Shown: in pieces, positions 1-10,306 of the stretch
How the letters are laid out: each line of letters opens with the position of its first letter
Position numbering within the stretch: the stretch's first letter is position 1
DNA from: Myxococcales bacterium
Lineage (GTDB): Bacteria; Myxococcota_A; UBA9042
Length of the DNA: 64,000 nt
NCBI GenBank assembly: GCA_037441385.1
Contig: JBBISH010000002.1
Span: 96,001-160,000, forward strand
Direction of reading: 5' to 3'
Program-made: the position numbers and the translations under genes
Notes under the pieces: model-generated
The model's database searches: none
The model's input: only the letters and a program-made list of their open reading frames with translations
Told to the model about the DNA's origin: nothing

Positions 1-227
1 ATGAACACGCGCCGGCCTCCGCTCTTGCCATGGCCGCGTTGGTCCCAATCCATCACCGAGATGCCCGCCGGCAGCAGCGCGTGCACCAAATGACCATAGC
101 GGGCGCCATGTTCGGCAAAGCCGTGGATCACCAGCACAGAGGCGCGCGGTTGCTGTGCGGCGTGGATGCGGTACTGCAGGACGACGCCGTCACTGGCCGA
201 AAACTGTCCTGTCTCGCTGATGGTCAT
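1..227 (-). CDS. Alpha/beta hydrolase, lysophospholipase (PldB/MAG lipase-like); runs off the window edge
   Basis: Not in the ORF track. Manual translation from the ATG at 227 gives MTISETGQFSASDGVVLQYRIHAAQQPRASVLVIHGFAEHGARYGHLVHALLPAGISVMDWDQRGHGKSGGRRVF, with HGxxEH and DxRGHGxS motifs. Confidence 0.85.
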   Translation of the reverse strand, partial: MTISETGQFSASDGVVLQYRIHAAQQPRASVLVIHGFAEHGARYGHLVHALLPAGISVMDWDQRGHGKSGGRRVF

Positions 228-344
228 GAGGTCCTCGCGTCGGCCGGGCCCGTAGCCCGCCGCGTTGGCTGCCGGAAGCGCTGCCGCCCCTGTCCACGAA
301 TGCGACAGGACTGCATAGCCAGTGCGCCCAAAGCAGCCGTGGAA

Positions 345-1544
345 CTACTTGGCAGCACCCGCGGGGGCGGCCGGCGGTGCGCTCGGCACCTTCTCGCCCT
401 TCCAAGTGCCCTTGAACGCCGTGGTACCAGCGCGCTGCGCGGTCCACGTGCCTTCTAGCCGGTCGCCGCTCAACTTGCCTTCCAGGCGCACCCAATCCAT
501 GCCAACCTGGCCAAACAGGGCCACTTTGTCGGTGGCGATGCTGCCGCTGACCGGGATGGCTTGGGTCTCGGCCGCGCCGTCGGCGTAGCGCACGGTGGCG
601 CCAAGCCATTGCACCGCGCCGTTGACCGAACCGGTCGTCCCGCTCAGGTGCAACGAAGCGTTGCGGTCGCCCTTGAGTTCGCCGTTCCATTCGCCCGTGC
701 TGGCCTTGGCTTGTTCGGCGAGGCGCGGATCGGGGCAACTCTTGGCCTTGGCGGCATGCAACTTAGCCTGAATCTTAGGGAATCGCCCAAGAACCATGCC
801 GATGCGCGAGAAATCGGCCGCCGAGAAGCCAGCCTTGGCAAACACCGCCGCCGCCGCCTGAGCGTGCGCCAACGCGTCGATCTGACCGCCCTCGTTGGTC
901 ATGGTGCGCTGCAGGCAGGCAATCTCGACAAAGGCCTGCGCGTAGCGATCGACAAAATCGGCCTGAATCAAGCCCAACTCTGGGGCATAGGTGCACTCGC
1001 TGACTTCCGCTTGCACGGCCGCCTGGGTAGCGGTGTGGGCGTCGGCCAGCGCGTGGGCCGTGCGGTACTTCTGGCGCGTTGCCAGCTCTTCGGCAGTATC
1101 GGGCGTGAGCGGCGCGGCCTTGGCCTCGGGCTTGGCGGCACCTTTGCCGGCCGCCTTGGCGTCGGACTTCGGCGGGTCAAAAACGTGCTCCAAGTGCACG
1201 GCAAACGCCTGCCCCAGCAGCAGATGCACGGCGTGCGTCTCAGCTTGGATCGGGTCCTCGTAGTAGGCCAGCGCACATTTTTCGAGCACGCGGGCCTTGA
1301 CATAGTCGTCGTAGGGCAAGCCGAAATCAGGCTTTGCGGCCGGCGCCGCCACGGGCGAGGCGGCGTCTGCCAGCGGCTCGGCCTTGACGGGTGCGGTGGC
1401 TGCAGGTTCGCCTGGCTTGGCAGGGGGATTGGCCTCGCCGGTGGGCGCCTTCTTGCCACAAGCACTGGCAAGCAGCGCTGCGGCAGTCAGCACGGCCAAG
1501 AGAGGCCGGATGTGAGGGCTTGGCAAGGGCAAGGCAGCGTTCAT
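345..1544 (-). CDS. Hypothetical lipoprotein
   Basis: Likely start MNAALP; signal peptide with lipobox LLASAC; Pro/Ala linker; C-terminal beta-rich domain (WNGELKG...GTWTA...GTWKG). Confidence 0.75.
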   Translation of the reverse strand: MNAALPLPSPHIRPLLAVLTAAALLASACGKKAPTGEANPPAKPGEPAATAPVKAEPLADAASPVAAPAAKPDFGLPYDDYVKARVLEKCALAYYEDPIQAETHAVHLLLGQAFAVHLEHVFDPPKSDAKAAGKGAAKPEAKAAPLTPDTAEELATRQKYRTAHALADAHTATQAAVQAEVSECTYAPELGLIQADFVDRYAQAFVEIACLQRTMTNEGGQIDALAHAQAAAAVFAKAGFSAADFSRIGMVLGRFPKIQAKLHAAKAKSCPDPRLAEQAKASTGEWNGELKGDRNASLHLSGTTGSVNGAVQWLGATVRYADGAAETQAIPVSGSIATDKVALFGQVGMDWVRLEGKLSGDRLEGTWTAQRAGTTAFKGTWKGEKVPSAPPAAPAGAAK

Positions 1545-1866
1545 GGGCAATGGGTCCTCTGGCCTACGGCCTGGGCTGAACCAGTCTAGGGGAGCCGGGG
1601 CGACAAGTCGATCCCTGCAACGCACCCCACCTGATTCGCGCGTGTGCGGCTTTGCTAACCCGTTGTGCAACTGGCGAGAATCAGACCGGGACCTCGGTTC
1701 GGGCTCGGAGAATTGCCAGAATTTTCGGTCCAAATCGGACGGAATCGGTATGGGTCGCTACAATAGCAAGTTCGCTCCTGACCTTGGCCTCGCCCTCGCC
1801 GCGGAGGCGACAGGTGCGCTATAGTGCGGGGCCGTGGCGCCCGCTGGGGCTGGCTTGGACGCGCCG

Positions 1867-2628
1867 ATGTGGTGGATATGCAAGGCGATGGCCAGCTGCG
1901 GGCTGGCGGTGGCGCTGTTGGCGGCGGCCCCGGGTCACGCGGCCGAGCTGCCGACCGCCTCTGTGCGGATTGCCTGGCTCAAGACGAGCACGATCGACCC
2001 CAGTTCGGCGATCGAGTCGTGGGTGCAAGAAGTTCGGCTGCGCACCAGCATCCAGGCCGAGCCGCGCGCGGCCACGGTTCGCCCAGAAGACTCAACGCTT
2101 TTTCACTTTCCGCTTTTGTACTGGGCGGGGGACCGCGCCCCACCGCGCCTGAGCGACGCCGCCGTGGTGAACCTGCGTCAGCACCTATCCACGGGCGGCA
2201 CCTTGATCATCGACAATGCGGGGCGCGCCGAGGCATCGGCCGCCTTTGACACGGCGGTTCGCCGGGAGCTGCAGCGCATCTTTCCGCAGCCCTTGCAGAA
2301 AGTTCCGCCGGGTCACGTCATCTTCCGGAGCTTCTACCGCTTGGAGCAGGCGCTGGGGCGCCGCGCCGACAGCCGCGACTTGGAGGGGCTGCGTGTGGGT
2401 GGCCACTTTGCGGTGCTGTACACGCGCAACGATCTGCAAGGCGCGCTGGCCCGCCAGAGCATCGGCGGGTTTGCCATGGCGGTGGTGCCGGGCGGCGAGA
2501 CCCAGCGCGAGTCCGCGATCCGGCTGGCGGTCAACCTGCTGATGTACGCGCTGTGCATCGACTACAAAGACGACCATACGCACGTGCTCTACTTGCTAAG
2601 GCACCGGCGCGGCGAGGAAAGCCCGTGA
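1867..2628 (+). CDS. DUF4159 domain protein
   Basis: Signal peptide; FHFPLLYWAG, LRQHLSTGGTLIIDN, HVIFRSFY and RLAVNLLMYALCIDYKDD segments match DUF4159. Confidence 0.85.
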   Translation: MWWICKAMASCGLAVALLAAAPGHAAELPTASVRIAWLKTSTIDPSSAIESWVQEVRLRTSIQAEPRAATVRPEDSTLFHFPLLYWAGDRAPPRLSDAAVVNLRQHLSTGGTLIIDNAGRAEASAAFDTAVRRELQRIFPQPLQKVPPGHVIFRSFYRLEQALGRRADSRDLEGLRVGGHFAVLYTRNDLQGALARQSIGGFAMAVVPGGETQRESAIRLAVNLLMYALCIDYKDDHTHVLYLLRHRRGEESP

Positions 2629-4919
2629 CCGAGGTCTGGCGCGATCACATCGAATGGGCGCTGTCGTGGCCCTGGAGCGCGCGGATCGCCGTGCTGCTGC
2701 TGGCGCTGGCCATTGTGGGCTTGACCTGGTTGAACATCCGCCAGATTGCGTCGCTGCGGCGCCGTGCGGTGCTGCTGGGCCTGCGTGCCACCACGATTGG
2801 ACTGCTGTTGCTGGTCTTGGCGCAGCCGAGTTGGGTCAGCGTGTCGCAGCACCTGGCGTCGGCCCGCACCGCGGTGGTGATCGATCGATCGGCGTCGATG
2901 GCCCTGGGCAAGGGCGACGCGCGCCGCTGGGATCGAGCCCTGCAGGCGGCCAAGGCCTTGGCCGGCGACGGCGCCGCGGACTGGTACAGCTTTGGCGAAG
3001 TGTTGGAACCGGCTGGCAGCTGGCAGGAATTGGCCGAGCGGCGCCCCGATGGCGAGCGGTCGAACCTGGGCGCGGTGCTGCGTGGGCTGGCGGCGCAGCG
3101 GCGGACAGCGCCGTGGAAGGCCGTGGCGCTGATCAGCGACGGCCTGGACAACGCGACGGTGCGCGCGCGCAATCCAGTGGGCACCGCCAGCTTGGACTCA
3201 GAAACCCTGTCCGAATTGAGGCAGTTGCAGGCTCCGCTGCACGCCATCTACATCGACGATCCAGTGCCGGTGCGCGACGTCGCCGTGGCCGGGGTACGCG
3301 TAAGTTCGTTTGGATATACAAGAACGTATGTACCCGTGTCGGTCGACATCGAAGTATCGGGCCTGGGCGACGCCAGCGGGAGCCTGACGCTGCAACTGTC
3401 CGACAACGGCAAGGCGATGGTCACGCAACAGGTGCCGATTGCTGGACCGGCGCGGCGGACGGTGGAGCTCGAGTTCCAGCCCCTGCACGTGGGCACGCAC
3501 ATTTTGGAGGCGGCGGTCGTGCCCCTGCCCGACGAAGTGACGGTGGCCAACAACCGCGCCCACGTGGGCATGCGTGTGGTTCGGGATCGCACCCGCGTGC
3601 TGCATCTGGCGGGCCATCCCAGTTGGGACACGCGCTTCTTGCGCAGTCACCTCAAGGGCAACACCGCGGTGGACCTGGTGTCGTTCTACGTCATGGTTGG
3701 CCAGGGCGCCGGCGGCATGGTCTCGGCCGAAGACACCACGCTGATGCCCTTCCCGGCCAAAGAGATCTTCGAGGACTCGCTCTCTGGCTTTGACCTAGTT
3801 ATTTTGCAGGATTTTCCCTTTGGCCCCTTCAACCTGGAGCAGTACCTGCCGCAGCTCGCGCAGTACCTGCAGGCCGGCGGCGCGATGCTGGTGCTGGGCG
3901 GGCCGCAGAGCCTGGGCGCGGGTGGCTATGCCGGCACAGCGCTTGCAGATTTGCTGCCCGTGGAAGTGGCGCGATCGCCCAGTGACGGCGGTTGGGTCAG
4001 CGGGCCGCAAAAACTGACAGTGACCCCCGTGGGCGCCGCCCATCCGGCGAGCTTGTTGGGGCGCGACGCACAAGAGAGCACGGCGATTTGGCAAATGCAC
4101 CGCCTGGTTGGGCGCAACAGTGCCCTGAGGCCACGCCAGGGTAGCCACCTGCTGGTCACGGACCCGGCCGGCGAGCCCGTGCTGGCGGTGGGCGAGGTGG
4201 GCGAGGGGCGCACGGCCCTGCTGGCCAGCGACTCGCTGTGGATGTGGGCCTTTGGCGCCGATGTCGAGGCCGATGGCGACAGCAACCGCGAAGTGCAGCG
4301 CGGCCACTACCATCGTCTTTTCGATCAGTTGTCGGCCTGGCTGCTGCGCGACCCGGACCTGGAGCTGCTGCGCATCGAGGCGCCGGGCGAGCCCGTGCCC
4401 GAAGGCAAGCCGCTGGCCATCGAAGTGCAACTCCGCGACGGCGCAGGGCAACCCAAGGTTGCCGTCCCGCTGCGCTATGCCTTGGTGCCGCTGGCCGAGC
4501 TCAAGGGCGACCCGGCCGCCGACCGCAGCGGGCCCACGACCAACGCCAGCGGCCAAGCCACCTTGCGCGCCGATGGGCTGGCGGCCGGTGCCTATCTCGC
4601 GGTGGTCGAGGCCGAAGTCGATGGCCGCAAACAGCGCGCATCCGCGGCGGTAATCGTCGCAAGCAGCCACATCGAGGCGTCGCAGGTGCAGCCATCGGAC
4701 CGCTTGCTGCAACTGCTGGCGCGCGCCAGTCTTGGCACGGTGTATGCAGGCAGAGCGCCCGCAGGAGGCCTGCCGCTGCCGCCCGTCGACCGCCGCGATG
4801 CTGCCGCGCTGGCCGACAAACAACACACGGATCTTTGGAGCCGGCCTGAAGTTCTGGCCTTGCTGGTTGCGCTGTTGTGCGGGGAGTGGTTCCTGCGCCG
4901 GCGCTGGGGCCTTGCCTAG
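2625..4919 (+). CDS. Membrane protein with vWA-like and glutamine amidotransferase-like (DUF1355/GATase1-like) domains
   Basis: N-terminal TM helices, MIDAS-like DRSASM, LISDG, NN-containing Ig segment, GGAMLVLGG, GEGR, and C-terminal EWFLRRRWGL. The GTG start overlaps the upstream stop. Confidence 0.8.
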   Translation: MTEVWRDHIEWALSWPWSARIAVLLLALAIVGLTWLNIRQIASLRRRAVLLGLRATTIGLLLLVLAQPSWVSVSQHLASARTAVVIDRSASMALGKGDARRWDRALQAAKALAGDGAADWYSFGEVLEPAGSWQELAERRPDGERSNLGAVLRGLAAQRRTAPWKAVALISDGLDNATVRARNPVGTASLDSETLSELRQLQAPLHAIYIDDPVPVRDVAVAGVRVSSFGYTRTYVPVSVDIEVSGLGDASGSLTLQLSDNGKAMVTQQVPIAGPARRTVELEFQPLHVGTHILEAAVVPLPDEVTVANNRAHVGMRVVRDRTRVLHLAGHPSWDTRFLRSHLKGNTAVDLVSFYVMVGQGAGGMVSAEDTTLMPFPAKEIFEDSLSGFDLVILQDFPFGPFNLEQYLPQLAQYLQAGGAMLVLGGPQSLGAGGYAGTALADLLPVEVARSPSDGGWVSGPQKLTVTPVGAAHPASLLGRDAQESTAIWQMHRLVGRNSALRPRQGSHLLVTDPAGEPVLAVGEVGEGRTALLASDSLWMWAFGADVEADGDSNREVQRGHYHRLFDQLSAWLLRDPDLELLRIEAPGEPVPEGKPLAIEVQLRDGAGQPKVAVPLRYALVPLAELKGDPAADRSGPTTNASGQATLRADGLAAGAYLAVVEAEVDGRKQRASAAVIVASSHIEASQVQPSDRLLQLLARASLGTVYAGRAPAGGLPLPPVDRRDAAALADKQHTDLWSRPEVLALLVALLCGEWFLRRRWGLA

Positions 4920-4987
4920 TCGGCAGCCGGCCCGTAGCCTTTGGCCGCCGCACATTCCGTGAGCCGCCCACCCAGGAGTACCGCACG

Positions 4988-7564
4988 ATGTCGACACGAG
5001 AGCACGGGTTTTGGGGCATTTCCGCCGTGGAGCAAGCGGGCCTGTATGGGCTGCGCGCCCCCAAGGAGTTTTCGCGCGCCGATACGCCTGAACAGTTCTG
5101 CCCCGATATCCCCGTGGACTGGGAGGAATTGACGCTGGCGGTGGAAGTCGACGTCCTGGGCAAGCGAGTTCGGGGCACGGCCACGTGGAGCGGCACGGTG
5201 CGGCGCGCCGCCTTGAGCCGCGTCCGCTTCGACGCCGATGGCTTTGCCGTGCTGCGCGCGTTTGGCGGCGATGGCCACAAGCTGGCGTTGGAGCACGATG
5301 GCCGCGCGTTGTGGCTGGACCTGGGCGGCGGCTGCCACCGCGGCGATTCCGTGCGCGTCGCGATCGACTTCGAAACGGTCGATCCTCGGGCGGGTTTTTA
5401 CTTCATCGTGCCCGACGCCGATCACCCGGACCGGCCGGCCCATGCCTGGACCCAGGGCCAAGACGAAGACAGCAAGTACTGGTTCCCGTGCCACGATAGC
5501 CCCAATCACAAAGTGCGCTTGAACCTCATCGCCACAGTGCCAGAGGGGATGGCCGCCCTGTCCAACGGCGTGTTGCGCAACATCTACCGCGCGGCAGATG
5601 CCCACCAGCGCATCTACGACTGGCAGATGGCCCGGCCTCTGCCGATCTATCTGCTGACGCTGGTGGTCGGCCCGTTCGTCGAAGTCAAACAACAGCAAGA
5701 GCCTGTGCCTGTCAGCTACTTTGTGCTGCCGGGTCGCGAGGCCGACGGCGAGCGCAGCTTTGGCCGCACGCCCGAGATGATCGCCGACTTTGAGCGGCGG
5801 ACCGGTGTGCGCTATCCGTTCGAGAAGTATGCGCAAGTGGCGGTCAGCGAGTTCGTGTTCGGCGGCATGGAAAATGCGTCGATGACCACGCAGACCGACC
5901 TGACCCTGCACGACGAGCGCGCGCACTTGGACTTTTCGTCCGAGCCGCTGGTCAGCCACGAGCTGGCGCACCAATGGTTTGGCGATCTGGTGACCTGCCG
6001 GCAGTGGGCCCACGGATGGCTCAACGAGGGCTTTGCGACCTACTTTGAGCAGCTGTGGGAAGAAACCGCGCGCGGCAACGACGAATTCGACTACTACCGC
6101 CAGCTGGCCATGCGGCGCTACATGGCCGAAGACGGCGGGCGCTACCGCCGCACCATCGTCACGCATCGCTACGACGAGCCGATCGACGTTTTTGACGCCC
6201 ACCTGTACGAAAAGGGCGGCGCGGTCCTGCACATGCTGCGCCGCGAACTGGGCGACACGACTTTCTTTGGCGCAGTGGGGGCTTACCTGCAGGCCTTTGC
6301 CGACCAAGTGGTCGAGACCCCCGACCTGCGCCGCGCCATCGAGAACTACGCGGGCCGCGATCTGGGCCAGTTCTTCTCGCAGTGGGTCGAAAACGGCAAG
6401 GGCCACCCCGAGTTCAAGCTGAGCGGCAGCTGGGACGGCGACGAAAGGCAGTTCAAGCTGACCGTGGAGCAGACCCAAGACCTTGACCATGCGCCGGTTT
6501 TCTCGGTGCAGTTGCCCGTGCGCTTCGAGTTCGACGGCGGCGATCCGTTGGAGCTGACGCTCAAAGTAAGCAAGAAGCAACAGAGTTTCCACCTGAGTCT
6601 GCCCGCGGCGCCCAAGCTGGCGCTGGTCGATCCGCGCGGCGACGTGCTGGGCACCTGGGAGCTGAGCCTGAGCGAACCGCTGCTGCGGGCGGCCCTGGCC
6701 AGCGCGCCCTTCGCGATGGCCCGCGTGCAAGCCGCCGTGGCGCTGGGCAAGAAGCCGAACCGGCAGAATGTAGAGGCGCTGTCGGCAGTTCTGGGCAGCG
6801 ACGCGCCATGGATGGTGCAAGACGAAGCGGCGCGCGCCCTGGCCAAGATCGGCTCGCAGGCCGCGTTCGACAGCCTGGCCGCAGCCGCGAACATCGCCCA
6901 CCCCAAAGCCAGGCGGGCGGTTCGCGAAGGTCTGGGCCGGTTTGCTACCCATGCGTCGGCCGAGCTGTTGGCCAGGCTGCTGGCGGCCGGCGACGCTTCC
7001 GTGCTGGTCGAAGCCGAGACCGCGCGTTCGTTGGGAGCGACCCGCGACCCGCTGGCCTTCGACGCGCTGGTAGCGGCGCTGAGCCGCGACAGTTGGAATG
7101 AGACCGTGCGCATCGGCGTGCTCGATGGGCTGGCAGCGCTGGCCGACGTGCGCGGCATCGCCGTGGCCGCGAGCTACTTGCCCAAACATTTCCCAACCTT
7201 GCTTCGCTGTGGCGCCATCCGTTGCCTGAGCAGCTTTGTGTCCGAGCCCGGCAAGGCCACCGACGCACTGCGCCCCTGGACCAGCGACACGTCCTTCCGT
7301 TTTGCCTTCAATCTGGCCGCTTCGCTGGGCGGTTTGGGCGACGGCCGCGCCCTGGCTCTGCTGCAGGCGGTGGCGGATCGCGCCATCGACGGCCGGGTCA
7401 AGAAGCGCGCCAACGAGTCGATCGCCAGTATTCGCGCAGGGTTGGGCGCAGGTCGGCAAGTCGATGCCCTGCGTGGGGACGTGGAAGGACTGCGCAACCA
7501 GCTGCGCGATCTGAGCGAAAACGTCGACCGCGAGACGCAGCTGCGCAAGGTTGCTCGCTCTTGA
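4988..7564 (+). CDS. pepN: M1 family aminopeptidase with C-terminal HEAT repeats and coiled coil
   Basis: GGMEN exopeptidase motif, HELAHQWFG...WLNEG zinc motif, YEKGG, and a HEAT-like C-terminal region. Confidence 0.92.
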   Translation: MSTREHGFWGISAVEQAGLYGLRAPKEFSRADTPEQFCPDIPVDWEELTLAVEVDVLGKRVRGTATWSGTVRRAALSRVRFDADGFAVLRAFGGDGHKLALEHDGRALWLDLGGGCHRGDSVRVAIDFETVDPRAGFYFIVPDADHPDRPAHAWTQGQDEDSKYWFPCHDSPNHKVRLNLIATVPEGMAALSNGVLRNIYRAADAHQRIYDWQMARPLPIYLLTLVVGPFVEVKQQQEPVPVSYFVLPGREADGERSFGRTPEMIADFERRTGVRYPFEKYAQVAVSEFVFGGMENASMTTQTDLTLHDERAHLDFSSEPLVSHELAHQWFGDLVTCRQWAHGWLNEGFATYFEQLWEETARGNDEFDYYRQLAMRRYMAEDGGRYRRTIVTHRYDEPIDVFDAHLYEKGGAVLHMLRRELGDTTFFGAVGAYLQAFADQVVETPDLRRAIENYAGRDLGQFFSQWVENGKGHPEFKLSGSWDGDERQFKLTVEQTQDLDHAPVFSVQLPVRFEFDGGDPLELTLKVSKKQQSFHLSLPAAPKLALVDPRGDVLGTWELSLSEPLLRAALASAPFAMARVQAAVALGKKPNRQNVEALSAVLGSDAPWMVQDEAARALAKIGSQAAFDSLAAAANIAHPKARRAVREGLGRFATHASAELLARLLAAGDASVLVEAETARSLGATRDPLAFDALVAALSRDSWNETVRIGVLDGLAALADVRGIAVAASYLPKHFPTLLRCGAIRCLSSFVSEPGKATDALRPWTSDTSFRFAFNLAASLGGLGDGRALALLQAVADRAIDGRVKKRANESIASIRAGLGAGRQVDALRGDVEGLRNQLRDLSENVDRETQLRKVARS

Positions 7565-8739
7565 CCGGCTTTGATCAGGCCAGCCGCGCTGTTCGCGACG
7601 CCGTGGCAGCGGGCATGGGTTCGGCCGCGGCCCTGGCCGCAGTGGGCAGCGACGGGCCGTGGTCCGCCATGGCCGTGGGGCGAACCAGCCGCGTCGCAAC
7701 CGAGCCAAATGCGCGCGGCGGCGCGGCGATCCCCTGGCCAGGGACGCCGGTGGACCTGGACACGCCGTTCGATTTGGCGTCGCTCACCAAGCCGATGGCC
7801 ACCAGCACGCTGCTCGCCCTGGCCGTGGCGCGCGGCCACTTGAGTTTGGACGATCCACTCAGTCGCTGGCTGGCCGACGCCAGGGGCACGGCCTTGGCGG
7901 GTTTGCCTCTGCGGCAGTTCCTGGGCCACGCCTCTGGACTACCGGCATGGCATGACTTTTTTGCGGACACCGTCGACGCGGCAACCCCCAAAGCCCGGGG
8001 CGAGCGCGTCCGCCGCGCCGTGCTCGCAACCCCGTTGGACGCGCCGCCCGGCAGTCGCGCGGTGTACAGCGATTTGGGGTTTCTGCTGTTGGGGTGGGTG
8101 CTCGAGGCCCAAGCTGGAGCGCCGCTGGACCAGCTGTTCGCCAACCAGGTGGCGCGGCCGCTGGGTCTGAGCGCGCACTTTGTCCGGCCCGGCCAGCGCT
8201 GGTCGACGCCAGTGGTACGCACTGAGGTCTGGGCGCCGCGATGCCGCGACGGGCGCCCCCTGGCGGGCGTGGTCCACGACGACAACTGCGCGGCGCTGTC
8301 TGGAGTTGCGGGCCACGCCGGCCTGTTTGGCTCGCTGCGCGATGTGGCTACTTGGGCCCGGGTGTGGCTGCGCGCGGCGCGCGGCCAAGCGAACGACCTG
8401 GATCTGCCGCCGGAACAGGTGCGCGAGTGGGTGACCACCGCGGTGGCGCCCGACACGACTTGGCGTCTCGGCTTCGACACGCCCAGTCGTCCCGCGTCCA
8501 GTGCCGGGCAGTGCGCGCCCGACGACGCTTTTGGCCACCTTGGCTTTACCGGCACCAGCGTGTGGATGTCGGCGCAGGCGAATCTGGCCATCGTCCTGCT
8601 GAGCAACCGCGTGCACCCCAGCCGCGACGCAGTGGCGGCTATCCGTGCGCTGCGCCCCACCGTTGGCGACGCGCTGTGGCCCAGGCTCGACGCGGCCGGC
8701 TTGCCCGTCCACGCAGGCACTGCCCACGGACCGGCCTGA
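7561..8739 (+). CDS. Serine hydrolase, beta-lactamase class C-like family
   Basis: FDLASLTK (SxxK), YSD, VHDDN, GHAGLF and GHLGFTGTS motifs. The TTG start overlaps the pepN stop. Confidence 0.88.
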   Translation: MTGFDQASRAVRDAVAAGMGSAAALAAVGSDGPWSAMAVGRTSRVATEPNARGGAAIPWPGTPVDLDTPFDLASLTKPMATSTLLALAVARGHLSLDDPLSRWLADARGTALAGLPLRQFLGHASGLPAWHDFFADTVDAATPKARGERVRRAVLATPLDAPPGSRAVYSDLGFLLLGWVLEAQAGAPLDQLFANQVARPLGLSAHFVRPGQRWSTPVVRTEVWAPRCRDGRPLAGVVHDDNCAALSGVAGHAGLFGSLRDVATWARVWLRAARGQANDLDLPPEQVREWVTTAVAPDTTWRLGFDTPSRPASSAGQCAPDDAFGHLGFTGTSVWMSAQANLAIVLLSNRVHPSRDAVAAIRALRPTVGDALWPRLDAAGLPVHAGTAHGPA

Positions 8740-8784
8740 CGGCGGCAGGTCGCTGCAACAAGTGGCTCTGACGCGTCAGGGTCG

Positions 8785-8814
8785 TTGACCGGACCCCACT
8801 TGCGCTGCTATCTT
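8785..8814 (+). promoter_or_regulatory. Putative sigma70-type promoter
   Basis: TTGACC-N18-TATCTT upstream of the 9078 ORF. Confidence 0.45.
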
Positions 8815-9077
8815 GGCAGTCGCCTTGTTGGCGGTGTGCCTTGGTGCACCAAGACCGAGGCGAATGCGAACCGCGCGACACGCTTGGTGAGTCGCAGGCA
8901 AGGTTGGCCGAAGCAGACATGCACGAAGAATGCGTGCGCTGTTTGGCGACGACGCGAGCGGGAGGCAGGGCGACGACGCGGGTGTGTCGCGCCGACGCAA
9001 GGGCCGCTGCAGAGCGGGGCTAGCGCGCAAGCGCCGGTGAGACGAACTCGACGACAAGTCGGCTCCGCACCGACCGG

Positions 9078-10262
9078 ATGCGGCAGCCCGACCCACGTTG
9101 GGAGGATGCAAGGGTGTCCGACGCACGTCCGATTACCAACGTTACCGACTTCGTTTGCGGCACCTGCTGGAATTCCTTCAGCCGCAAAGATCCTGGCGTC
9201 GAGCAAGCCGGCCGGCTGATTTGCCCGCACTGTGGCCACGCCCTGGCCGCCGAATTGGCGGCGGACCCCTTGGCCGCCGTGCGCAACGCACCGACGGCGA
9301 GCGACAGCGACCTGTTTGGCCATGCCCACGCCAGCGACGACGAGGATCTGCCGATTGGCGCCAACAAGCCGCTGGGCTGGGCCTCGCACGAAAACGTCGC
9401 GCGCTCGGCCGAACCCGCGGGCTTCGTAGTTGGCGCTCCAGACAACGATTTCGAGGATTTCGATTTCAACGAAGCGACTTTGCGCCCCGATGTGAGCCAC
9501 GACAGCTTGCTCGCCGCTGTCCGCGCCACGGCGGAAATGCGCGACCCAGGTCACCCGGCGGCACCCAAGCTCAACATGGCCGCAGCGGCCATCAGCGCCG
9601 GCCACGTGGTCGGAATCGAAGAAGAAGAATTCAGCGGCGACACGTCCGAGCCGACTCCGTCGGATTTTGCCGAGGCGGAAGCCACAGTCGCCGAGGATGC
9701 CGAAGCCCGCGATTGGAAGCTCAAAGCCATCGGCCTGACGTACAACTTCCATGGCCTGGATGCGCTGATCGGCTGGGCCAGCAACAAGGCCGGCCAGTCG
9801 ATGCAAATCTCGATGGACGGCCAAAATTGGAAGGATTTTGACTCCTTCTTTACTGCCTACCGGGCCGGAGTGCCTGCCGCCAAAGCGTTTGGGGATGCTC
9901 TCGAGCCAGGAGCGACCAAGGCTGCGGGTACGCCAGCGGCCGCGGTCGGTGCGGCGCGCGGAACCACGGCCAAGTCCTTGGACGCGGCCGTTCCCAACAA
10001 GACCAGCGTCAAGCCCGAGCCCGGACGCGCCCAGCGCAACAGCGCCCAGCTCGCCAAACCCGACGCCGGGGCCTTGGGGGCCAAAGGCAACGTCAGCGCG
10101 GCCAAGAATCTGGCGCCGAATCGCGGCGGTTCGCGGCGCGTGCCGGTCGCGGCCGCCCAGAACGCGAGCCAGGGCAACTCCAAGACCACGCGCGTCATCG
10201 CAATTGCGGTCGCGGCGGTGGTGGTGGTCGGCGTGGTGGCCTGGAAGCTGCTCGCCAAGTAG
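9078..10262 (+). CDS. Zinc-ribbon protein with acidic linker, GYF-like domain and C-terminal membrane anchor
   Basis: CGTC...CPHC; D/E-rich linker; WKLKAIGLTYNF...LIGW...QISMDGQNWK; C-terminal hydrophobic helix. Confidence 0.7.
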   Translation: MRQPDPRWEDARVSDARPITNVTDFVCGTCWNSFSRKDPGVEQAGRLICPHCGHALAAELAADPLAAVRNAPTASDSDLFGHAHASDDEDLPIGANKPLGWASHENVARSAEPAGFVVGAPDNDFEDFDFNEATLRPDVSHDSLLAAVRATAEMRDPGHPAAPKLNMAAAAISAGHVVGIEEEEFSGDTSEPTPSDFAEAEATVAEDAEARDWKLKAIGLTYNFHGLDALIGWASNKAGQSMQISMDGQNWKDFDSFFTAYRAGVPAAKAFGDALEPGATKAAGTPAAAVGAARGTTAKSLDAAVPNKTSVKPEPGRAQRNSAQLAKPDAGALGAKGNVSAAKNLAPNRGGSRRVPVAAAQNASQGNSKTTRVIAIAVAAVVVVGVVAWKLLAK

Positions 10263-10306
10263 CCAAATCGCCCCAACATCAGCAACGACTTTGGATTGCG
10301 CCTGCT

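Noticed and set aside
4916..7708. Very long antisense ORFs (4916-7708, 25662-28154, 34602-37445, 46798-49242 and others)
   Set aside because: They are shadows of real high-GC genes on the opposite strand and have no recognisable motifs.
8841..9023. 60-aa ORF in the leader before 9078
   Set aside because: No clear RBS or motif, so it cannot be supported as a gene.
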